39,548 nt of DNA from Patescibacteria group bacterium (GTDB lineage Bacteria; Patescibacteriota; Minisyncoccia; Phycocordibacterales; SBAW01), in assembly GCA_040389385.1 (NCBI GenBank), contig JAZKAA010000005.1, positions 9,094 through 48,641 of the forward strand, in the 5' to 3' direction. The notes under the pieces were generated by a model that saw nothing but the letters and a program-made list of their open reading frames with translations, searched no databases and had not been told where the DNA came from. This document shows positions 33,468 to 39,548 of the stretch, in pieces. The translations under genes and the position numbers were made by a program. How positions within the stretch are numbered: the first letter of the stretch is position 1; each line of letters opens with the position of its first letter.

Positions 33468-35924
33468 ATGAGTCGCATACTCTGTTTGCCCGCCCCTATA
33501 GTCAGTCCGTATTTTGCAACTACCGCCCTCCTGGCGGTAGTCATATTCTGCTGCAGCTTCTTTTTTGCAGCACCTATCGCACATGCAGAGGGCCTGTCGC
33601 CCAAGCAAATGAGCGTGATACAAGGGCTCCTCTCCACGTACGGTGTGCCGGACGGAAAGATAAAGGCAGTGTCCGCCATTTTGAAGGGTGGGCCAGACGA
33701 GCACTCATCGTCAACTCTCCGTACCCAAATGGGCTCAACCACGCCGCCCAAGCCGCCACGGCCCGCTCCGGCTTCGACATCAAGTCGTGAGCAAAGCAGT
33801 GCAGGCTCGGTGCTGCAATTTATAGCGGACTACTCGGACTCATTTAACGATAACCTTGCCGCGGTTGTAACCGCTCCGTTTGCAGTATTGAGTGATGTAG
33901 CGAGTAAGCCACAAAGCAATGCTAGCGCAGTGCTGCAGTTTACGGCGGACTACTCGGACTCGTTTAACTCCAACCTCGCAGCAGTTGCGACCGCTCCGTT
34001 TGAGATTTTGACCGACGCACTGAGCGATGTGATGGTCTCTTTGGGTGTGGGGCAGTCAGCAAACACTGTTCTGGCGTTGGCCGATGACTACGGCACTGGT
34101 GCGTCGCCAACAAGCGGCGTGTACTGCCCTAAACTCTCGACGACTCTACAAAAAGGCTCGCGCGACAATGGCGCAGGAGGACAGGTGACAGAACTGCAAG
34201 CTTTTCTCACCGATTATTATAATTTGGATGAAAATGTTGTAGTCGGAGGGTATTTTGGCAAGCTCACCCAACAATATGTGGTGCAGTTTCAACAAGAAAA
34301 GGGGCTTCCTGCGCTGGGCATAGTAGGCCAACTCACCCGTGCAGCTATCGCGGCGGCGTGTAGTGGTTCCTCTAACAACTCAAAAGAGTCTACGACATCC
34401 ACTCAACCCAACGCCACTAACGCGCAGAGCGGTTTTGTATTTAACTCGCCGACCAACGAGGCAATTGTTTCATTCGGCGGAAGTTTGACCGTCTCATGGA
34501 CTTTTCCGAACCCTCGCGGCTATATCTACTTGCAGTTGATCTCGGCTGATACCGGCGCCAACGTCGATAGCAGCCTTGGAGGCTCGATATATCAGGCGAC
34601 AGCAAAAGACTCGTTTGTGTGGAACGTCACAACGCAGACTTCTGAGAAGGGGACTCTTGTCCCTGGCCACTACAAAATCCGTGCCACTGTCAGGGACGGC
34701 AATGATGCAAAAGTAATATATGCCACTGCAGACAGTAAGGCCTTTACCATTACGCAGGGCACCGCAACTAAGGTGCAGACACAAACAACGAACAGCGGAG
34801 GCAAAGTTGTTGACCTGAAAGTGAATGGCTCGGATGGGCCAGTGACTTTGAGCGATGGGGATGCTATTACGCTGTCGTGGACATCAACGAATCCTGCCTT
34901 TACCTTTTGCCAACTGGCAGGTGCGATTACCCCGCACATTTATAACACAACGCAAACGTCCGGCAGCATGGGAGCATCTGCGTGGATAAGTTCTCCAGAC
35001 TCATCCGCAGTGAGAACCATAACTGTGCATTGTGCCGGCGCAGACCTAAGTGTAAATGGCGACGATAGTGTCGTCGTCAATGTCAAACCGACAGCGTCGT
35101 CGGTCACTAGCTCATTGGCTACTTGTGCATACACTTCGAGTGGTACTGGACTGACGAGTCAGATATCGTTTAACACAGACATGGCCCAAACTGCTGACAA
35201 TTGCAAAACACTTTGTACTGGTTCGCGCAATGAAAAATACGGTCTCAGTGACTCTGGTTATTGCACCTACACAAGTCAAAGCGGCGTTAAGAGTGTGATG
35301 GCTATTTCTGCCGCTGTCACGGTGAGCGCGCCCGCTTGTAAAGTTGGCGTAACTCCGGCAACCATAGTATCCGGACAAAGCGTTACCATCTCGTGGACGT
35401 CAACCAACGCCAATTATGTATATTGGACACAAAATCAGACAGGGCTGCTCCTTGGTCTGCCCGGTGACAAACTATCCCCCAGTGGTTCGCAAACATTTAC
35501 GGTGAGCGGCAAAGGTGCGGCCACTCTCGAGGCAAACCTTGTGGTGGTATCAAGCACTGGTGCGCAAGCAACATGCTCAGGATATGTCGTTGTTACTGAC
35601 TCCACTACTCAAGCCCCGGTTGTGTTTTCAGCGTGGCCCAATTCTGGTACTGTGCCGCTCGCTGTTACCTTTAGCACTTATTTAACGTCAAATTATATAA
35701 ATTTTGGTGACGGGTCTGTGGCGTGGGTGGGCGGAGGTTCAAGTGCCTATAGCGGATTCTGCAGCGCCGCTACTGCGGACTCCTGCACCTACAATGTTAC
35801 GCATACTTACTCTCAGCCGGGCACCTACACCGCAAAGCTGATGAGCAGCGGGCAACAGATGCTCTCCTCGACGGCGATAAACGTATCCGCGGCCAGCCAA
35901 GCATCAACAACGGGCGCGTTCTAG
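33468..35924 (+). CDS. Large exported peptidoglycan-binding/PKD/Ig-like surface protein
   Basis: Signal peptide ending AHA, PG-binding motif (VTELQAFL..GYFG.LT...V..FQ..G.VG.LTRAAI), PKD (FGDG..HTY..PGTY), Ser/Thr-rich; start uncertain (GTG 33432 or ATG 33468). Confidence 0.8.
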   Translation: MSRILCLPAPIVSPYFATTALLAVVIFCCSFFFAAPIAHAEGLSPKQMSVIQGLLSTYGVPDGKIKAVSAILKGGPDEHSSSTLRTQMGSTTPPKPPRPAPASTSSREQSSAGSVLQFIADYSDSFNDNLAAVVTAPFAVLSDVASKPQSNASAVLQFTADYSDSFNSNLAAVATAPFEILTDALSDVMVSLGVGQSANTVLALADDYGTGASPTSGVYCPKLSTTLQKGSRDNGAGGQVTELQAFLTDYYNLDENVVVGGYFGKLTQQYVVQFQQEKGLPALGIVGQLTRAAIAAACSGSSNNSKESTTSTQPNATNAQSGFVFNSPTNEAIVSFGGSLTVSWTFPNPRGYIYLQLISADTGANVDSSLGGSIYQATAKDSFVWNVTTQTSEKGTLVPGHYKIRATVRDGNDAKVIYATADSKAFTITQGTATKVQTQTTNSGGKVVDLKVNGSDGPVTLSDGDAITLSWTSTNPAFTFCQLAGAITPHIYNTTQTSGSMGASAWISSPDSSAVRTITVHCAGADLSVNGDDSVVVNVKPTASSVTSSLATCAYTSSGTGLTSQISFNTDMAQTADNCKTLCTGSRNEKYGLSDSGYCTYTSQSGVKSVMAISAAVTVSAPACKVGVTPATIVSGQSVTISWTSTNANYVYWTQNQTGLLLGLPGDKLSPSGSQTFTVSGKGAATLEANLVVVSSTGAQATCSGYVVVTDSTTQAPVVFSAWPNSGTVPLAVTFSTYLTSNYINFGDGSVAWVGGGSSAYSGFCSAATADSCTYNVTHTYSQPGTYTAKLMSSGQQMLSSTAINVSAASQASTTGAF
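33792..34002 (+). repeat. Intragenic tandem duplication, 120-nt period
   Basis: VLQF.ADYSDSFN.NLAAV.TAPF twice (33792-33882 and 33912-34002). Confidence 0.85.
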
Positions 35925-35966
35925 TAATACTTGCATTCTTCATCCGTCAGCGTCAGTATGGATAGC

Positions 35967-37307
35967 ATGAAAAAGGCTATTGCTGTACTGGCGCTTTGTG
36001 CTGTCGCTGTGCCCGCGCTGGCGCAGACCTACCCGTATGGTTATGGGGTATCCTCGACAGCGACAGTATCGGCCCCCGCCGTGTACTGCCCGCAATTCTC
36101 CTACAACTTATATATAGGGTTGAGCGACTACTATACCCGCGGCCAAGTGACGCAGCTGCAGCAATTTTTGAGCACGCAGGGGTACTACCAACCCATAACG
36201 GGCTACTTCGGCTCGATGACGCGCGCTAATGTGGCGCAGTTTCAACGCGCACAAAGCGTGTACCCTATTACCGGCGGCGTCGGCCCGCTTACCCGCGCGG
36301 CTATTGCGCGTACGTGCGGCGGTGTCGTAGTTCCTCCGCAGCCCACAGGCGGTGTTTCTATCACCGGCATTAGCGGCCCGAACTCACTTGCGGTTGGGCA
36401 GTCCGGCACCTGGCAGGTAACCACCAGCGCACTCCAAGGCTCATATGTGTCTATCAGTGTCCGTTGGGGTGATGAGCTGCAATACCCATATGCCACCGGC
36501 TCTGCAGCGCAGTCCTCGTACATTGCGCAACAAAATACCTTTACCCACAGCTACCAGAGCGCAGGCACCTACACCATTACCTTTACCGCCACCGACCAAT
36601 ACGGTCGCAGCACTACCGGCACAGCAAGCGTGTTAGTCACCGGCGGCACGCAGCAGCAAGGGCTCTCGGTAAATCCCTCCTCGGGCGCGGCGCCGCTCAC
36701 TGTCACTATTACGCCGGGCCAGTACCCCACGGGCTACTGGGCCGTACAGTTTGGCGACGGACAGACTCAGTACATGCTGCAGGGGAGTGTCACTCATACC
36801 TACACGCAGCCCGGTACCCACACCGTAACGGCGACGAGCGACATGGCGTGCTTGCACACGACGCCGCAGTGCTACACCTTTGCCGCGCAGCAAATCCTAG
36901 GTACTGCAACCGTGGTGGTTACATCGGGCCAGGTGGTGGGTGCCATGATCGTCAGCTCGCCTGTGCAGGGCCAGCAAGTACAAAACGGCACGTCGCTCGC
37001 TATTAATTGGGGGGCGCCGTACTTGGTAACGAGTGGTAGCTATGTGCTCGACCTCTATACAGCCGCCGGTGCCAAGGTAGGCACGATAGCTATCCAAAGC
37101 GCCACACAGTCAAGCGGCTCGTACAGCTGGAATGTGCCGCGCATCCCCATCAACTACATGTGCGCAATGATCTACCCCAACGGCCTGTGCGGACAAAACC
37201 TGGTTGGCGGCAGCTACTACGTGCAAGTGTCGCTGGTGCCGGGCAACGGCTTTGACAACCAGCAGCCCACCGCGACGGCAAAAAGCGGCGTGTTTACGGT
37301 CTATTAA
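35967..37307 (+). CDS. Exported peptidoglycan-binding protein with two PKD domains
   Basis: MKKAIA..ALA signal peptide, PG-binding motif, WGD..HSY..AGTY and FGDG..HTY..PGT. Confidence 0.82.
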   Translation: MKKAIAVLALCAVAVPALAQTYPYGYGVSSTATVSAPAVYCPQFSYNLYIGLSDYYTRGQVTQLQQFLSTQGYYQPITGYFGSMTRANVAQFQRAQSVYPITGGVGPLTRAAIARTCGGVVVPPQPTGGVSITGISGPNSLAVGQSGTWQVTTSALQGSYVSISVRWGDELQYPYATGSAAQSSYIAQQNTFTHSYQSAGTYTITFTATDQYGRSTTGTASVLVTGGTQQQGLSVNPSSGAAPLTVTITPGQYPTGYWAVQFGDGQTQYMLQGSVTHTYTQPGTHTVTATSDMACLHTTPQCYTFAAQQILGTATVVVTSGQVVGAMIVSSPVQGQQVQNGTSLAINWGAPYLVTSGSYVLDLYTAAGAKVGTIAIQSATQSSGSYSWNVPRIPINYMCAMIYPNGLCGQNLVGGSYYVQVSLVPGNGFDNQQPTATAKSGVFTVY

Positions 37308-37425
37308 CCTTGCACCGTTTTGAGGCCTCTGCTACTATAGGGCGCAACGCACTAGGGCGTGTTTTTCTTTTGCTCTAAGGGTGTTTGGCGTACGAATTAT
37401 AAATTAGTAATTAATAATATTTGTT

Positions 37426-38619
37426 ATGGCAAATTTCGACAGAACAAAGCCGCACATGAACGTGGGTACCATCGGTCACGTTGACCACGGCAAGACCACG
37501 CTCACCGCATCTATCCTGCACGTGCTCGACATGGCCAAGGGCCAGGGGTACAGCGCACGCGTCGAGGGTGTCGACGGTATCGACAACGCGCCCGAGGAAA
37601 AGGCACGCGGTATCACCATCGCGCTCCACCACAGCGAGTATGAGACTCCCAAGCGCCACTATGCGCACATCGACGCGCCGGGCCACGCCGACTACATCAA
37701 AAACATGATCACCGGTGCCGCCCAAATGGACGGCGCGGTACTCGTGGTTGCCGCAACTGACGGCGTTATGCCCCAGACCCGCGAGCACATTCTCCTTGCG
37801 CGCCAGGTTGGCGTGCCGAAGATCATCGTCTTCCTCAACAAGGTAGACATGGTAGACGACAAAGACCTTGTCGACTTGGTAGAAGAGGAGGTGCGCGATC
37901 TCTTGAAGAAGCAAAACTACGCCGACGCACCGATACTCCGTGGCTCCGGTCTAAAGGCGCTCGAGTCTAAGAGCCTCGACGATGAGTATGCCAAGGGCGT
38001 GCTCGAGTTGGTCAACACTATGGACTCCTTCCTCCCGGACCCGGTCCGCGAGTTGGACAAGCCATTCCTGATGCCTGTCGAAGACATCTTCTCCATCGAG
38101 GGTCGCGGCACGGTAGTTACCGGCCGTATCGAGCGCGGTGTTGTTAAGGTAGGCGAGGAAGTCGAGATCGTCGGCTTGCAGCCCACCACCAAGACCACGA
38201 TTACGGGTATCGAGATGTTTAACAAGCAGCTCGACCAGGGTCAGGCAGGCGACAACGCGGGCATCTTGCTCCGCGGTACCGCCAAGGATGACATCCACCG
38301 CGGTCAGGTATTGGCCAAGCCCGGTTCGGTAACTCCGCACACCGAGTTTGAGGCCGAGGTTTACGTGCTTACCAAGGATGAGGGCGGTCGTCACACGCCG
38401 TTCTTTACCGGATATAAGCCGCAATTCTATGTCCGCACGACCGACGTCACCGGCGAGGTAACACTCCCGGCCGGCACCGAGATGGTCATGCCGGGCGACA
38501 CCATCACCTTTAAGGTCAAGCTCGTAGCGCCGGTTGCGCTCGAGGCACAGACCCGCTTTGCGGTCCGCGAGGGCGGCAAGACGGTAGGTGCAGGCGTCGT
38601 CACCAAAATCACCGCGTAA
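37426..38619 (+). CDS. tuf: Elongation factor Tu
   Basis: [36 protein letters not shown]. Confidence 0.98.
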   Translation: MANFDRTKPHMNVGTIGHVDHGKTTLTASILHVLDMAKGQGYSARVEGVDGIDNAPEEKARGITIALHHSEYETPKRHYAHIDAPGHADYIKNMITGAAQMDGAVLVVAATDGVMPQTREHILLARQVGVPKIIVFLNKVDMVDDKDLVDLVEEEVRDLLKKQNYADAPILRGSGLKALESKSLDDEYAKGVLELVNTMDSFLPDPVRELDKPFLMPVEDIFSIEGRGTVVTGRIERGVVKVGEEVEIVGLQPTTKTTITGIEMFNKQLDQGQAGDNAGILLRGTAKDDIHRGQVLAKPGSVTPHTEFEAEVYVLTKDEGGRHTPFFTGYKPQFYVRTTDVTGEVTLPAGTEMVMPGDTITFKVKLVAPVALEAQTRFAVREGGKTVGAGVVTKITA

Positions 38620-38638
38620 TCTCCCTAGAACTAAAAAG

Positions 38639-38667
38639 AAAAGCCCGCTCGTAAGAGCGGGTTTTTT
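38639..38667 (+). terminator. tuf terminator
   Basis: GCCCGCTC-gtaa-GAGCGGGT followed by T run. Confidence 0.8.
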
Positions 38668-38684
38668 CGTTGTACAATGACCGC

Positions 38685-39023
38685 ATGAAACTTAGAGCAT
38701 ACATGCAACAAGTTGTATTAAACCTAGCTCTGGGTATTCTTTTGACGGCATTTTTAGGCTGGTTTGGTTTGTACAATCACGTTTTTCAAATTGACAATTA
38801 CGTGTCAGCAACTCTTTTTGCTATCTGCTTTGCGCTGGCGTTTGGCAGCGTAGTACCTTTAGTAATTTCTCTTAGATTTGGGTTTCGTCCTATAGGAATG
38901 GTCAATGCATTTTTTGGTTTCAATTCTACAACCATTGCTTTGTTTGGCGCCTCTATTGTTTGGATTTTAGTCCTGGCAGGAATTTTCAATTATCTAGACC
39001 CTTTTACTATCGTTGGGTACTGA
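38685..39023 (+). CDS. Three-TM hypothetical membrane protein
   Basis: Hydrophobic ORF, AT-rich, TACAAT 6 nt before ATG. Confidence 0.65.
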   Translation: MKLRAYMQQVVLNLALGILLTAFLGWFGLYNHVFQIDNYVSATLFAICFALAFGSVVPLVISLRFGFRPIGMVNAFFGFNSTTIALFGASIVWILVLAGIFNYLDPFTIVGY

Positions 39024-39104
39024 TTGCTTTTTTATAAAAATTGCGGCATACTCACTAGCGTTCGTTTATTAATCTGTAAGCGTTAGCTAATCGGGTATAG
39101 GTTA

Positions 39105-39123
39105 TCCTGAGCTTGTCGAAGGA
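39105..39123. repeat. Short REP-like element in the rpsJ leader
   Basis: TCCTGAGCTTGTCGAAGGA; resembles a widespread interspersed repeat but is single-copy in this window. Confidence 0.4.
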
Positions 39124-39142
39124 ACAACTAGACCCAATCATT

Positions 39143-39535
39143 ATGGCAACCGAACCAAAAGAGAAGAAAGAAACAGTTAAGAAAGCGCCGGCCAAGCCGC
39201 GCGCAAAGAAGGCGCCGGCCGTAGCCCAAGTCACGCGCCTGCGCATTAAGGTGCGCGCGTATGAGCACAAGGTGTTGGACGCATCTGTTAAGCAGATACT
39301 CGACACCGCGCTGCGCTACGACGCCAAAGTTGCCGGCCCCATACCGCTGCCTACGGAGATAAAAAAGTATACGGTCAACCGCTCAACCTTCATCTACAAA
39401 GATGCGCGTGAGCAGTTTGAGATGCGCATCCACAAGCGCCTCATCGACATCCTCGACCCGACCCCCAAAGTCATCGAGGCTCTGACCAACTTGTCTCTCC
39501 CATCCGGAGTGACGATAGACGTCAAAATGGCCTAG
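39143..39535 (+). CDS. rpsJ: 30S ribosomal protein S10 with Lys/Ala-rich N-terminal extension
   Basis: [38 protein letters not shown]. Confidence 0.97.
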   Translation: MATEPKEKKETVKKAPAKPRAKKAPAVAQVTRLRIKVRAYEHKVLDASVKQILDTALRYDAKVAGPIPLPTEIKKYTVNRSTFIYKDAREQFEMRIHKRLIDILDPTPKVIEALTNLSLPSGVTIDVKMA

Positions 39536-39548
39536 TCAAAAAGAGTCA

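Noticed and set aside
1-39548. CRISPR array, cas genes, prophage, integrase, transposase or reverse transcriptase
   Set aside because: No regularly spaced repeat-spacer array and no ORF with such motifs was seen

Overview
Core-genome segment of what looks like a Candidate Phyla Radiation (Patescibacteria, Parcubacteria-like) bacterium; the taxonomy is inferred from gene content and protein style. Housekeeping genes include a CCA-adding enzyme, four tRNAs, HU, rny, clpP, tig, ppaC, nusA, tpiA-pgk, recJ, rnhA, comEC, an Fe/Mn SOD, rpmB and a str/S10 cluster (rpsL-rpsG-fusA-tuf-rpsJ) broken up by accessory genes. The first ~6.5 kb is the most unusual part. It looks origin-proximal, with a DnaA-box cluster, four parS-like palindromes and a clustered TAAA(A/G)GACA motif. 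yraN is split by an ~806-bp transposase-free element with IS1595/ISSod11-like ends and a target duplication; the element carries a Cys/His micro-ORF and a ~290-nt structured RNA candidate. Also present are a second promoter-to-terminator ncRNA candidate (161-411), a LAGLIDADG-like ORF overlapping a tRNA, and a complete leucine leader-peptide attenuator in front of a probable stand-alone LeuA regulatory domain. Many core genes appear leaderless, and REP-like palindromes occur both between and inside genes. All calls were made by eye; no database searches or folding programs were run.
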